From the NCBI GenBank assembly GCA_965226055.1, contig CBDDCA010000006.1:736001-800000 (forward strand): a stretch of DNA of 64,000 nucleotides, read 5' to 3'. Positions 49,139 to 60,026 of the stretch are shown here, piece after piece; the stretch's first letter is position 1; the number at the start of each line of letters is the position of its first letter. Made by a program: the position numbers and the translations under genes. This stretch comes from Spirochaetia bacterium (GTDB taxonomy: Bacteria; Spirochaetota; Spirochaetia; WTKD01; G963693115). The notes under the pieces are model-generated. The model saw only the letters and a list, made by a program, of their open reading frames with translations, was not told the origin of the DNA and did not search any database.

Positions 49139-50197
49139 ATGATTGAAAGAAAACGCAAAGTCGTTCCAGTAATACTAGCAGGAGGGCAAGGCACTCGATT
49201 ATGGCCAGCTTCGTTACCTGCATTCCCTAAACAGTTTCTAAAAATAGGAGAGGAAACTCTTATAGAGCAAGCAGTCAAACGAGTACTGCCTTTGGGTGAT
49301 GAAATACTTATTCTTACCTCTCAGCAGTATTTTGATTTATTTCCTGTTCATATGTCATTACCAAAAGAGTATGTGAGCAAAATAACCCTTATAGGGGAAC
49401 CTAGCGCACGCAATACAGCTCCTGCTATTGCTCTTGCGCTTCGATATATTCAAGAAAAGTACCAAGACGCAATTATGCTACTTATTACTGCTGATCAGAT
49501 TATACACAGTACTGAACAGTTTATACAAGATGCACATATAGCAATAGAGCATGCTTTAGCAGGAAATATTGTAACCTTTGGTATTTATGCAAGCAAACCA
49601 GAAACTGGATACGGCTATATTGAATGTGGAGAAAAGAGAGGCAACGAAAAGGAAACAGTACTCAGCGTAGTATCATTTCGTGAAAAACCAGATTATGAAA
49701 CAGCCAAGCAGTATATTGCAAGTGGAAATTTTTTTTGGAATAGTGGCATGTTCTGTTTTTCTGTTACCACTATGTACAAAGAATACTCTCTCTATGCAAA
49801 AGAGCTATTTCATACTGTATTACACGATACATTTGAATGGAACACTGGAGCGGTAGGAGGCTTTGTTTCGTATACACCTGTATATCCTCAATTTATGACA
49901 CTTGAAAAAGTATCAATAGATTATGCCATTATGGAACATACACAAAAAGCAGTGGTAGTACCAGCCCGTTTTCATTGGAACGATGTAGGAAGCTGGGATG
50001 AAGTAACTCAGTATATTGAAGCTACGCAAAAAGTATATACACAGGATGCGTATAATGTAAGTGTCCGATCAGATATACCTGTTGCAATAAGTGGTGTATC
50101 GGATATAGTGGTAGTACATGAGAATAATCGATTGCTTATTCTTCGAAAAGGAACAGGACAGACTGTTTCCTATTTTGCCAAGCAAGATGTGGAATAG
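49139..50197 (+). CDS. manC: Mannose-1-phosphate guanylyltransferase
   Basis: ILAGGQGTRLWP, PKQF, EP..RNTAPA, PETGYGYI, FWNSGMF, SIDYAIME and WNDVGSW motifs. Confidence 0.95.
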   Translation: MIERKRKVVPVILAGGQGTRLWPASLPAFPKQFLKIGEETLIEQAVKRVLPLGDEILILTSQQYFDLFPVHMSLPKEYVSKITLIGEPSARNTAPAIALALRYIQEKYQDAIMLLITADQIIHSTEQFIQDAHIAIEHALAGNIVTFGIYASKPETGYGYIECGEKRGNEKETVLSVVSFREKPDYETAKQYIASGNFFWNSGMFCFSVTTMYKEYSLYAKELFHTVLHDTFEWNTGAVGGFVSYTPVYPQFMTLEKVSIDYAIMEHTQKAVVVPARFHWNDVGSWDEVTQYIEATQKVYTQDAYNVSVRSDIPVAISGVSDIVVVHENNRLLILRKGTGQTVSYFAKQDVE

Positions 50198-50416
50198 TAT
50201 ATATATAAATATATGAAAGGTATAAGGTGAATTAATGCTTTTATAGAGGGTATAAAAAAGAATACAGAATGGTTGTATGCCTGATTATTGGCTTTATGTA
50301 TAAGAAATAAAAAAATAATGATTGATTTTTTAAAAACTTACATTTTTTTATTGACAAAATCAATTAAAATGGTGATTATATATAATATAATTTAATAAAG
50401 TTTCGAAGGAGGAAAT

Positions 50417-52309
50417 ATGAAACGATTATTTACATTAGTAGTGTTATCATTAGTTGCAACTTCACTTTTTGCTGCTACTGATAAAACGCTAAACGAGAAG
50501 GCTTTTGTGGAATGGGAATTTAAGCCAGAAGTATCAACTTACTTTGGCTACAATTTAGATGTAGGAGGAGCTGGCTTAGAAGGAAAAGCAAAGCTAGAGA
50601 TTACTTCTACAATATTTGATAAAGCTGATATGGAATTTTCTGAAGATCAGAAACCATACGGATATGTTAAGATAGAAGACCTTGAGATTAAGGCTACTGC
50701 GAAACATGAAGGTGCTGGAAGTACATCAGAAAAATATAAGTCTACTGAGAATACTAACACAGAGCCTCTTTCAATTTCTTGGGGTACTATATCAGGTGTT
50801 ATTTATGCAGGACCCGTATATGTGAAACTTGCTCATGATGGTCATGGGGATCAAGGGTTTATTGAAAAAGGCTTAGATGATGGTGATTTAGATTATTCTG
50901 TTATAAATTACAGTATAATATCAGCATCAGATACAGCACAGTATGTAGGTGCAAGAAAAATAGATTCGGATAAATTACCAGTTGTTCCTCAACTATTTCA
51001 ATACAGAGTAAAGAATGTTGATGGTAAAATAGTATACAATGATATCACCGATGGTACTAACCAAGGATCAGATACACTAGCTGATAAATTAGCAGGATCA
51101 AACAATGCTATTTCTGTTGGGTTTAAGCAAGATAAGTTACTTGATATTCGATTAGGAGTTTCTTCTGCAGGAAGTTATAAAACATATCAGAAAAATAATC
51201 CAATTCAACTTTCGCTCTTTTTTGAACTTCTTGCTATTGAGAATGTTATATTGAAGTTACAAACAACTGCTATTGCTGGGGTACATCCTAGTGGAAGTAC
51301 TGGTGAGGATTATGATGACGAAGGGAAACTTTTATCAGAAGGGAACCCTCTTACTGTAGGACTACTCCTTGGGTATAAAATGCCTATGGGAATAAATACC
51401 CTCACTACTTCTCTTGGATTTGAAGTTTCTTTAGAAAATGAAGTAGATAAGTTTGGTGCATTTTCTTTGACTGTTCCAGTATCAGGTAGTGTAGTGGCTG
51501 CCCAACTTGCAGGAACAGGTGACGATACAGTAAATGTAACTGCATTTGAAGCAGCACTTGGGGTAAAATATGATTGGAAAAGTCTTGGATATGATGCAGA
51601 TGAAGATGATGATCACATTGATGCTACTGGTTCAGGAAAGGACATAAAAGTTACTGATGGTGCTTCATTAGGATTACTGTATGGTTCTATGCCAAATGCT
51701 GTGTTCAGAGATTTTAAGAACAACTATGTAGGAGCGAAGATATCAGTGTGGGATAGTCAAGATGACGATAAACCAGGACTGCTTCCATTAGAGCTTGCAT
51801 TGGTATTAAATTATAATTATGTGTTTGGTGGTGAGTATGAACCAGAAGGTTTTGAAGGTTCAGTTACAGGTGCTAATACTAAAGTAACAAATACGAAATT
51901 TACACTTGGTGCACGTCAAGATTTTGGTCTATTGCTAGAAACTGCTATGACATTTGGTTATATTAAGCCCTTCTTGAATGTTGCATGGCGTATGTTTAAC
52001 ATAACAGATGTTACTGAAGTTGAAGTTGATTATTCTATTGATGGCGGTACTAATGTTCAAAAAGGAGAACTGCAACAACTTGCTGATAAAAGTGATTTGA
52101 GACTTAAACTTGGATTTGATGTTGTAAACCTTGTAAAGAATGTAACTTTTTCTGCATGGTGGGAATCTGGAAACGTAATGAAGTCTGATGATATTGTAAA
52201 AGCAACATATAATGCTACTTCTTCGTTCTATACAACAAAAGATACCATTAATAAAGTGAATGGTGCAAAGTTAGGATTCATCGCTATAGGGGCAAAAATT
52301 GAATACTAG
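50417..52309 (+). CDS. Major outer sheath (Msp-like) beta-barrel outer membrane protein
   Basis: Signal peptide ending SLFA, amphipathic beta strands, C-terminal GAKIEY; strong RBS AAGGAGG; own terminator. Confidence 0.7.
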   Translation: MKRLFTLVVLSLVATSLFAATDKTLNEKAFVEWEFKPEVSTYFGYNLDVGGAGLEGKAKLEITSTIFDKADMEFSEDQKPYGYVKIEDLEIKATAKHEGAGSTSEKYKSTENTNTEPLSISWGTISGVIYAGPVYVKLAHDGHGDQGFIEKGLDDGDLDYSVINYSIISASDTAQYVGARKIDSDKLPVVPQLFQYRVKNVDGKIVYNDITDGTNQGSDTLADKLAGSNNAISVGFKQDKLLDIRLGVSSAGSYKTYQKNNPIQLSLFFELLAIENVILKLQTTAIAGVHPSGSTGEDYDDEGKLLSEGNPLTVGLLLGYKMPMGINTLTTSLGFEVSLENEVDKFGAFSLTVPVSGSVVAAQLAGTGDDTVNVTAFEAALGVKYDWKSLGYDADEDDDHIDATGSGKDIKVTDGASLGLLYGSMPNAVFRDFKNNYVGAKISVWDSQDDDKPGLLPLELALVLNYNYVFGGEYEPEGFEGSVTGANTKVTNTKFTLGARQDFGLLLETAMTFGYIKPFLNVAWRMFNITDVTEVEVDYSIDGGTNVQKGELQQLADKSDLRLKLGFDVVNLVKNVTFSAWWESGNVMKSDDIVKATYNATSSFYTTKDTINKVNGAKLGFIAIGAKIEY

Positions 52310-52335
52310 AAACTAGTATATACAATACAAATAGT

Positions 52336-52367
52336 AAAAAAGGCAGTGGTAATACACTGCCTTTTTT
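52336..52367. terminator. Bidirectional Rho-independent terminator
   Basis: AAAAAAGGCAGTG-GTAATA-CACTGCCTTTTTT between convergent genes. Confidence 0.92.
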
Positions 52368-52382
52368 ATGCATGTTGGTGTA

Positions 52383-53111
52383 TTATTTATTATGTTGAAT
52401 AATAAGAAGTGCATTGGCAGCACTTATGGTAGTAAAAGAGCGTATCTGTGATGATTCGTTTTGTAATACAGTGTCAAGGGTAGTTCCTACAGTATCAATA
52501 GGAGTTATTTTTATCTGAAGTTCAAGGGAATCGGCTATGATTTCCTTAAAACTAGCAAGCATAACCCATATGCTTTCGTTGAAAGAGCTTATCGCAATAG
52601 GAATAAGCCCTAAGGAAAGATAGTCATCGATTGATTTTGTGAGAGTTTCTTGTTTCTGTACCTTTATAAGACGAAAATTTTTCATTGTAAGCTGTGATTG
52701 TAAAAATAATACATAGGCACCGTCTTTTTGTACATCCAACCCTACAGGGTAGATACGTTCTTTTGATTTACTTTCAATGTCTTGTAGCATTTCTTTTTCA
52801 TTTTTATATGATTGTAATATCCAGTTACGGGCTAGCTGTGCTGGTGGTGTTGTTTGTGATAAAATTATCATCTCTCCTGCAACATTTCTGTCAAGTGCTT
52901 GTGGGGTAATATTATTTTCAAGCAAAGAGTTCATGAGCTCTACAAAGTTTTCAAAATTCTCTTTCTTCTCTTCTTGATTCATATCAATAGTGGGAGAAGT
53001 ACGAGATATAAGCCAGTTTCCTGTATTTTTTTCTTGTGTTTGAGAAAATGAGGGAAATAGCGTGCAGGTAATAAATATACCTTGTAATAAATAAGTAGTA
53101 AATTGTTTCAT
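52383..53111 (-). CDS. Hypothetical exported protein
   Basis: Signal peptide MKQFTT...PSFS. Confidence 0.7.
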   Translation of the reverse strand: MKQFTTYLLQGIFITCTLFPSFSQTQEKNTGNWLISRTSPTIDMNQEEKKENFENFVELMNSLLENNITPQALDRNVAGEMIILSQTTPPAQLARNWILQSYKNEKEMLQDIESKSKERIYPVGLDVQKDGAYVLFLQSQLTMKNFRLIKVQKQETLTKSIDDYLSLGLIPIAISSFNESIWVMLASFKEIIADSLELQIKITPIDTVGTTLDTVLQNESSQIRSFTTISAANALLIIQHNK

Positions 53112-53199
53112 ATGTTTTATAATAACAAAAAAACAAAAAAGGATATAATACATATATCTATGTTTTATTAAACTATACTATTTAAGGAGAGAGGAAAAA

Positions 53200-54018
53200 A
53201 TGGTACACAAAATAAAATACATTGTAGTAGTATGCCTATCATTGCTGTTGTATGCACCACTGTATGGTCAAAATACGGTTACTGAAGGTATAAACAAGCA
53301 AGTAGCACAAAATGCTAAAACGATATATGAGGATGAATCGTTGCGGGTTTTGTTAGGATTAGGATATAAGTATGTACATTGGTCGTACCGTCTTCAACGT
53401 TCGGCACAAGCTAGTTCATCTTCGGGTTCAACAGACTCTGTGTATCAATCTTCGTATTATAAATCTTTATCTCTTAATACCGCTGTAATGATAGAGCCTC
53501 CTATAGAATGGAGTAATATACATTTACTTGTTCTTATGGATATATATTTTCCTTTATCGACAGAAGGAGTAGTGTCCCCTGTAGTGAATGATAGTGAAGT
53601 AAAAATTGTTACATCAAAAGTGGATTATTTAGTAAACGATACTGAAGCACAAACTTTGAAAGGGCTTGGTTTTGAATGGTTATTTGGAATAACACAGACT
53701 ATTCCACAAGATTCTATGATATTTATAGTTGGTGGAGGGTTTGCAACCAATGTATTTGTTGAAAACCCTAGTAGCACTAATCCAAGAGGGACATGGGGGC
53801 TTGGGGTAGGACTACAGGCTTCGATACAGTTTCGGTTTATGCGTTATTTTGGCTTACAAGTAGGAGTGAAAGGGACATATTATCCTATTACTTTTATAGA
53901 TGGCCATACTATTGTATCATCAGCCAGTGATGATCCTTCAAATAAGGTAAAGTATGAAATAAAAACAACAAGTTTTATAAACTCAGGGATTGATGTATTG
54001 ACGATATGGTATTTTTAG
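53200..54018 (+). CDS. Putative small outer-membrane beta-barrel protein
   Basis: Signal peptide, alternating Gly/aromatic strands, terminal WYF. Confidence 0.65.
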   Translation: MVHKIKYIVVVCLSLLLYAPLYGQNTVTEGINKQVAQNAKTIYEDESLRVLLGLGYKYVHWSYRLQRSAQASSSSGSTDSVYQSSYYKSLSLNTAVMIEPPIEWSNIHLLVLMDIYFPLSTEGVVSPVVNDSEVKIVTSKVDYLVNDTEAQTLKGLGFEWLFGITQTIPQDSMIFIVGGGFATNVFVENPSSTNPRGTWGLGVGLQASIQFRFMRYFGLQVGVKGTYYPITFIDGHTIVSSASDDPSNKVKYEIKTTSFINSGIDVLTIWYF

Positions 54019-54052
54019 TGGAAAATGGAGCGTTACCATAAGAAAGGAAAGT

Positions 54053-54766
54053 ATGTATAAATATATTGATATGTCATTGAGACAATATGTTGCTCCTTGT
54101 GCAGATGCATTTTATGTGTATATATTTAGTAATACACAAGAGGAGCAATTTGTACATTCGTTGAGAAATTTACTGAGCTGTTTTAATGGTGATACATTAT
54201 GTGAACAAAAAGTGTTACGCAAAACAGATATATTACGAGAATATTTATTTGAAGATGCTTCAAGTCTCGCTTCGTTTGATCCTGCTGCTACTTCGTTACA
54301 AGAAGTACTCTTGTGTTATCCTGCTATGTACGCTATCGCTATTTTTCGTATGGCACATATATTATATACACTTAATGAACCGTTAGTAGCAAGAATGCTC
54401 ACTGAACATGCACATAGTAAAACAGCCATTGATATACATCCTGGAGCAACAATAGGAAGACGGTTTTTTCTTGACCATGGTACTGGGGTGGTTATTGGTG
54501 AAAGCACTGTTATAAAAGATAATGTCAGTTTGTATCAGGGGGTTACTCTTGGAGCAAAACGAGTGGAAAAGGCATTAAAAGGAGTAAAAAGGCATCCGAC
54601 AGTAGAAGAGAATGTTATTATTTATTCAAATGCTACCATTTTAGGCGGAGATACTGTCATTGGAAAAGATAGTATTATAAATGGTAATGTGTTTCTTACA
54701 GAATCTGTTCCTCCTAATTCTATAGTGTATGCTTTGCATGATATTAAAATAAAAAATAAAGGGTAG
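54053..54766 (+). CDS. cysE: Serine O-acetyltransferase (EpsC-type)
   Basis: DPAA...EVLLCYP, IDIHPGA, DHGTGVVIGE and KRHPT motifs. Confidence 0.93.
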   Translation: MYKYIDMSLRQYVAPCADAFYVYIFSNTQEEQFVHSLRNLLSCFNGDTLCEQKVLRKTDILREYLFEDASSLASFDPAATSLQEVLLCYPAMYAIAIFRMAHILYTLNEPLVARMLTEHAHSKTAIDIHPGATIGRRFFLDHGTGVVIGESTVIKDNVSLYQGVTLGAKRVEKALKGVKRHPTVEENVIIYSNATILGGDTVIGKDSIINGNVFLTESVPPNSIVYALHDIKIKNKG

Positions 54767-54768
54767 TT

Positions 54769-55449
54769 ATGGCGTATCTTTTAGTAGTAGAGGATGATAC
54801 ACAAATTCTTAGTTTTGTAGTAAAAGGGTTTGAGCAGCTTGGATATTCTGTTGAGCAAGCAAGCAATGCCTTTGATGCCAATAGATATATTGAAACAACC
54901 GATATTGAAATTGCCATTGTCGATATTATGCTTGAGGGGGCTATAAATGGCATAGAGATGGTGAAGGCATGGAGAAAAAAAGGAGTGAATATACCAGTGC
55001 TATTTCTTAGTGCTCGTGATAGGGTTGAAGATAGAATAGATGGGTTTAATGCTGGTGCTGATGATTATGTATGCAAGCCTTTTTCTTTTTCTGAGCTTTC
55101 TGTACGTGTACAAAGCCTTTTACGCAGAGCAGGAAAAGGAAATGTGGATAATATTTTATTGTATGAAGATTTACAGCTTAATTTGCTTAAACGAACGGTT
55201 ATACGCGGAGAAAAAGAGATTGAACTGCAACGAAGAGAATTTATGCTGTTGCAGTATTTTATGGAGCATGCTGAACTTGTACTTGGAAAGAATATGATTT
55301 TGGAGAGAATTTGGGGATATGATTTTGATCCTCGGACAAATGTTGTTGATGTATTAGTGTCTCGTTTAAGGGCAAAAATAGATAAAGGATTTAAGAATTC
55401 GCTTATTCATACAAATAGAGGAGTAGGCTATGTTCTTAAAAAAAATTAA
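54769..55449 (+). CDS. OmpR-family response regulator (CusR/CopR-like)
   Basis: VEDD, DIML, GADDY.CKPF and TNVVDVLVSRLRAKID motifs. Confidence 0.95.
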   Translation: MAYLLVVEDDTQILSFVVKGFEQLGYSVEQASNAFDANRYIETTDIEIAIVDIMLEGAINGIEMVKAWRKKGVNIPVLFLSARDRVEDRIDGFNAGADDYVCKPFSFSELSVRVQSLLRRAGKGNVDNILLYEDLQLNLLKRTVIRGEKEIELQRREFMLLQYFMEHAELVLGKNMILERIWGYDFDPRTNVVDVLVSRLRAKIDKGFKNSLIHTNRGVGYVLKKN

Positions 55450-56860
55450 ATTCAACATTTCTTTTTCTTTGGCAACACAGACAACGCTTATTAGTCTGTT
55501 AGGGTTTATTATTATTTTTATTGTTCTTTTTTGTAATATTTATTTGCAATATTTAGATGAAGAAGAAAAACAAGTAAATCAAAAATTGTTAAAATACTGG
55601 ACTCTATTATCTCATCTTTCTAGTGGAGCAAATATGGAAGCAAGAGCTACTATCACTACAATAGGAAATGAATATCAGAGAGATATAGATATTGATACAA
55701 ATGAGTATGCACTCCGTATAGAAAGAGACGATAAGGTGATACTTTTTTTATATCCACAGCTATGGAAAAATCAAGATATTACAGAAATTGATTTTTCTCG
55801 AAATTTTTCTCTTAATGCTAGAAATGTACTAGAAATTATTCAAGATGGAAACATAAACCGAACACAATTCATGTTATATGAGGTACAACAGGCAGAATAT
55901 AATATACAGATAATCGTATCTGCTTTAGAGAGAAATATATTTCTTGGGCGTATTTTACAAAGCTCTATTGGGGGGTTATTAGTAATTATTATTATAGGAT
56001 ATGTTGTTTCACGAATTATGATTGCTCGTGCATTGCGTCCACTGCAAAGAATCAATGAGTTTGCAGAAAAAATTATTTTAGAACAGAATATAGATCAACG
56101 GATTCCTATTGATACAGGAGGGGAGTTTACTCGTGTGCAACAAAATATCAATAAGATGCTTGATGTCATTGAACGTCAAGTAAACAGTTTACGTTCTTCT
56201 GCTATTAGTTTAGGACATGATATAAGAACTCCATTAACACGAATCTTAAATTATTTAGAAGATTCTCTTCTTGTGGGGCAAAATAGTCCCGATAAAACGA
56301 AAAGAATACAAGATAGTATTCAATCTATTAGAAATATACAGAATATAGCACGAAAAGTATTGGATCTTTCTGAGATAGAAGCAGGAGGAAACAAAATTCC
56401 TCGTAAGAAAGTGCATCTTGCTGCTGCACTTGAAAGTATAGTCGATATGTATGGTTTGATGGCAGAAGAAAAAGCAGTGACCTTTCATTATGATATAGAT
56501 ACGAGGTGCTATGTACTTATTGAAGAGGTACGAATACGTCAATTAGTAGGAAACTTGCTTGACAATGCTATTAAGTGTACAGTACAAGGGCAATCTATTG
56601 GACTATATGTATATCAAACAGATAGCTCTGTTGTTATAGTTGTAAACGATACTGGTTATGGTATAAGTGCAGGTGATATTCCTCATATCTGGGAGAGTAC
56701 ATGGAAAAAGCGGTATGGTGATAGCAATAGAACGCATCAAGGGGGAGGATTTGGCTTAAGTATAGTAAAGGGCATTGTGAATGCGTATAATGGCGAAATA
56801 TCTGTTCGTTCTAATGTAGGCAAAGGAACTATATTTACAGTGGTATTTCCTTCTATATAA
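55430..56860 (+). CDS. Sensor histidine kinase with HAMP domain
   Basis: Two TMs, GHDIRTPL H-box, NLLDNAIK, DTGYG and GFGLSIV motifs. Confidence 0.95.
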   Translation: MFLKKIKFNISFSLATQTTLISLLGFIIIFIVLFCNIYLQYLDEEEKQVNQKLLKYWTLLSHLSSGANMEARATITTIGNEYQRDIDIDTNEYALRIERDDKVILFLYPQLWKNQDITEIDFSRNFSLNARNVLEIIQDGNINRTQFMLYEVQQAEYNIQIIVSALERNIFLGRILQSSIGGLLVIIIIGYVVSRIMIARALRPLQRINEFAEKIILEQNIDQRIPIDTGGEFTRVQQNINKMLDVIERQVNSLRSSAISLGHDIRTPLTRILNYLEDSLLVGQNSPDKTKRIQDSIQSIRNIQNIARKVLDLSEIEAGGNKIPRKKVHLAAALESIVDMYGLMAEEKAVTFHYDIDTRCYVLIEEVRIRQLVGNLLDNAIKCTVQGQSIGLYVYQTDSSVVIVVNDTGYGISAGDIPHIWESTWKKRYGDSNRTHQGGGFGLSIVKGIVNAYNGEISVRSNVGKGTIFTVVFPSI

Positions 56861-56908
56861 TGGGTATGCTGTGTATAAGCCAATGGGAGAGATACTAACG
56901 TTTGTTAT

Positions 56909-56924
56909 ATTACAAAATTGTAAT
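56909..56924. promoter_or_regulatory. Palindromic CusR/CopR-type box (ATTACA-AAAT-TGTAAT) upstream of htrA
   Basis: Perfect 6-4-6 inverted repeat 86 nt upstream of the htrA ATG, just downstream of the two-component genes. Confidence 0.6.
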
Positions 56925-57009
56925 GATAAAGATATTATTATGTAATATGAGTTTGATATAGTATATATAAAGAGAAATTAAAATATTATAACATTAAGGA
57001 GAATAAATA

Positions 57010-58407
57010 ATGAAAAAGATAATCAAAATACTTTCTCTTAGTATTTTAGTAATATACATTGCAGTTCCTTCTGTATTTTCTCAAAGCAATCTATTACAAG
57101 CATTGCAAAAGGATACTCGTAATATCGCAGATACTGTGTTACCGTCTGTAGTAAAAATAGATGTATCAAGTACGGTGGAGGTAAGCAATAGAGAAAACTT
57201 TTTTTTCTTTTTTGATAACCCGTTTAATGGTCAAGATGATGAGGATAATAATGTACCAAAACGAGAATATAGTCAACAAGGATTAGGATCAGGCATTATT
57301 GTTCGTAAGGGAAATTCTAATACATATTATGTGCTTACAAATGAACATGTTATCAATAATGCTGATGAAGTATTAGTTTCTACCTATGATGGAGAACAAT
57401 ATTCTGCTCAATTAGTTGGAGTAGATGTAGGGCGTGATTTAGCTATTATTTCTTTTGAATCTAAAAAAGATCATACTGTTGCTAAATTAGGAGATTCTGA
57501 TTCACTCAATCCTGGTGATATAGTATTTGCTATTGGTAATCCCTATGATTTTCAATTTTCAATAACATTTGGAATTATTAGTGCTCTCAATCGTGAAAGT
57601 CGTGGAAGAAAAGATTCGGGAAATCTTAATAATTATATACAGACTGATGCTGCTGTCAATAGAGGTAACAGTGGCGGTCCATTAGTAAATATCAATGGGG
57701 AAGTTATTGGTATAAACACATGGATTTACTCTGAGAGTGGTGGAGGAAATGAAGGGCTAAGTTTTGCTGTGCCTATCAATAATGCTATTCTCTCTATTGA
57801 TTCGGTTATTGAAAAAGGAAAAGTAGAATATGGGTGGTTAGGGGTAAATATCAGTGATGTGGTATTTCGACAAATGTCTTCTTTAGGACAAAAGGAAGGG
57901 GCTTTTGTTGTTGGAGTGTACCCAAACTCACCAGCAGATAAAGCAGGAGTGCGTCCTGGTGATATTATTTATGCTGTTGATAATAAGAGTATTAAAGATA
58001 CAGGAGAGCTTATTACAGGAATATCATCTTTGCCTCCTAACAAAAAAGTAACAGTAGACTTGTATCGGAGTAATGTTTCTCTTTCTCTTTCTATACGTTT
58101 AGGTGATAGAGAAGAGGCTACCTCTGAAGAAGCAGAAGTATGGCCTGGGTTTAAGATATCTGAAATTACTGAGGGGGTAAAAGATAGAATACAAGTATCT
58201 GAGGGAGTCATCATTACATTTGTATATCCTGAAAGTATTGCTCAAACTGCAGGGTTGCGTGCAGGAGATGTCATTGAAAAAATTAATAATGTAAAAATAA
58301 GAAACTTAAAGGATTTTTATTCTAACTTAAATCTTGCAAGTAAAAATGAGGTGTTGTTTCGTCTTAAACGAGAAGGGGCTTCTCTCACTATTGGTTTAGA
58401 AAAATAG
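57010..58407 (+). CDS. htrA: DegP/HtrA periplasmic serine protease with two PDZ domains
   Basis: GLGSG, TNEHV, DLA and QTDAAVNRGNSGGPL motifs. Confidence 0.95.
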   Translation: MKKIIKILSLSILVIYIAVPSVFSQSNLLQALQKDTRNIADTVLPSVVKIDVSSTVEVSNRENFFFFFDNPFNGQDDEDNNVPKREYSQQGLGSGIIVRKGNSNTYYVLTNEHVINNADEVLVSTYDGEQYSAQLVGVDVGRDLAIISFESKKDHTVAKLGDSDSLNPGDIVFAIGNPYDFQFSITFGIISALNRESRGRKDSGNLNNYIQTDAAVNRGNSGGPLVNINGEVIGINTWIYSESGGGNEGLSFAVPINNAILSIDSVIEKGKVEYGWLGVNISDVVFRQMSSLGQKEGAFVVGVYPNSPADKAGVRPGDIIYAVDNKSIKDTGELITGISSLPPNKKVTVDLYRSNVSLSLSIRLGDREEATSEEAEVWPGFKISEITEGVKDRIQVSEGVIITFVYPESIAQTAGLRAGDVIEKINNVKIRNLKDFYSNLNLASKNEVLFRLKREGASLTIGLEK

Positions 58408-58433
58408 TCATAATATCCTCCTATATAATTTTT

Positions 58434-58458
58434 GCGGTGTGTAAACACCGCTTTTTTT
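58434..58458 (+). terminator. Rho-independent terminator after htrA
   Basis: GCGGTGT-GTAA-ACACCGC followed by T7. Confidence 0.88.
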
Positions 58459-58475
58459 ATATAATAGGCAAGTGT

Positions 58476-59444
58476 TTATGTTTTGTTTTGTGAAAGAAGC
58501 CATTGTTCAGCATCTAATGCTGCCATACATCCGCTCCCAGCTGAGGTGATTGCTTGTCGGTAATGGGGATCTTGTACATCTCCGCATGCAAATACTCCTT
58601 CAACTGAGCTTTTTGTGGTGCCAGGCTGAGTTATAATATATCCTGCATTGTCAAGATCAACTTGTCCTTCAAGAAGTGTGGTATTAGGAGTATGACCAAT
58701 AGCGTAAAATAGTCCGTTTACTGCTAGCTCTGATGTATTGCCTTTGTGAGTAATTATTACCGATTTTAGTACTCCTTGTAATCCTTCGCTTCCTTTTGCT
58801 TCTTGTACTTCGGTTTCCCAAAGTACTTCTATTTTTGGGTGTTGTAGTACTCTCTCTTGCATTGCTTTTGATGCACGTAATTCGTTACGACGAACTGCTA
58901 AGTACACTTTACTTCCAAATTTTGTAAGAAAAGTTGCTTCTTCACATGCAGAGTCTCCGCCTCCTATGACAATAAGCGGCTTGTCCCTAAAAATAGGAAG
59001 CGCTCCATCACATACGGCACAAGCAGAAATTCCTTTGTCCCAATAGGTTTTCTCTCCTTTTATTTCGAGTCGCTTTGCTATGGCTCCTGTGGCAAAGATA
59101 AGCGCATGTGTTGAAAGAGTAGTGGTGCTAGAACGAACAATAAAAGGAGATTGTTGTAGCTCTACAGATTCCACTGTTTCGGTAAGAATAGTAGTGCCAA
59201 AACGTAATGATTGTTTTCGCATGTTTTCCATAAGATCAGGGCCAGAAATTCCATCTGGAAATCCAGGAAAATTTTCTACTTCTGATGTAATGGTGAGCTG
59301 TCCTCCTGCTGCAATACCACCAGCTAACCAACCTTCAAACATTACGGGCTGTAAAAATCCACGTGATGCATATATTGCAGCGGTATGGCCTGCAGGACCG
59401 CTGCCAATAATAACTATGTTCTGAGTAGTTTGTTGTAAATTCAT
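58476..59444 (-). CDS. trxB: Thioredoxin-disulfide reductase
   Basis: GSGPAG, CAVC active site, GGGDSA.EEA and RQAITSAG motifs. Confidence 0.97.
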   Translation of the reverse strand: MNLQQTTQNIVIIGSGPAGHTAAIYASRGFLQPVMFEGWLAGGIAAGGQLTITSEVENFPGFPDGISGPDLMENMRKQSLRFGTTILTETVESVELQQSPFIVRSSTTTLSTHALIFATGAIAKRLEIKGEKTYWDKGISACAVCDGALPIFRDKPLIVIGGGDSACEEATFLTKFGSKVYLAVRRNELRASKAMQERVLQHPKIEVLWETEVQEAKGSEGLQGVLKSVIITHKGNTSELAVNGLFYAIGHTPNTTLLEGQVDLDNAGYIITQPGTTKSSVEGVFACGDVQDPHYRQAITSAGSGCMAALDAEQWLLSQNKT

Positions 59445-59516
59445 AGTTTTATTATGCTATATTTGCCTATTTTTTACAATGATTCTAATTTATTATAGTT
59501 ATAGTACAATGAAAGT

Positions 59517-60002
59517 ATGAAGCTAAAACTTGTTGTATATCCTCATGATGCTCTTCGTAAAAAAGCCGATGTGATACATGATTTTAACGTATCATTAAAG
59601 AGTGGGTTGCATCAAATGGAAAAAATTCTTGATAAGCAAAAAGGGGTGGGGTTAGCTGCACCTCAAGTAGATTGGAATGTCCAGTGTTTTCTTGTAAAGT
59701 ATGAGGATACCGTGCATACATTTATCAATCCTCAGCTATTGCATGTAGGAAAAGAAATGGTGACATATCAAGAGGGGTGTTTAAGTATTCCTGGAGTGTA
59801 CGCAGATGTTACTCGCCCTAAATTGTTACGTATTCGTGCTCAAAATCAACAAGGAGATTTTTTTGAAATTGAATCTGATACGTTTTTTGCTCGCATTATT
59901 TTCCATGAATATGATCATTTACAGGGAATATTGTTTGTAGATCATTTGCCTAAAAATATGTGCTCTCGTATACTGAAAGAGTATCAGTCATTACAAAAAT
60001 AA
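59517..60002 (+). CDS. def: Peptide deformylase
   Basis: GVGLAAPQ, EGCLS and HEYDH motifs. Confidence 0.97.
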   Translation: MKLKLVVYPHDALRKKADVIHDFNVSLKSGLHQMEKILDKQKGVGLAAPQVDWNVQCFLVKYEDTVHTFINPQLLHVGKEMVTYQEGCLSIPGVYADVTRPKLLRIRAQNQQGDFFEIESDTFFARIIFHEYDHLQGILFVDHLPKNMCSRILKEYQSLQK

Positions 60003-60026
60003 ATAATTAAAGAAAATGGGACATGT

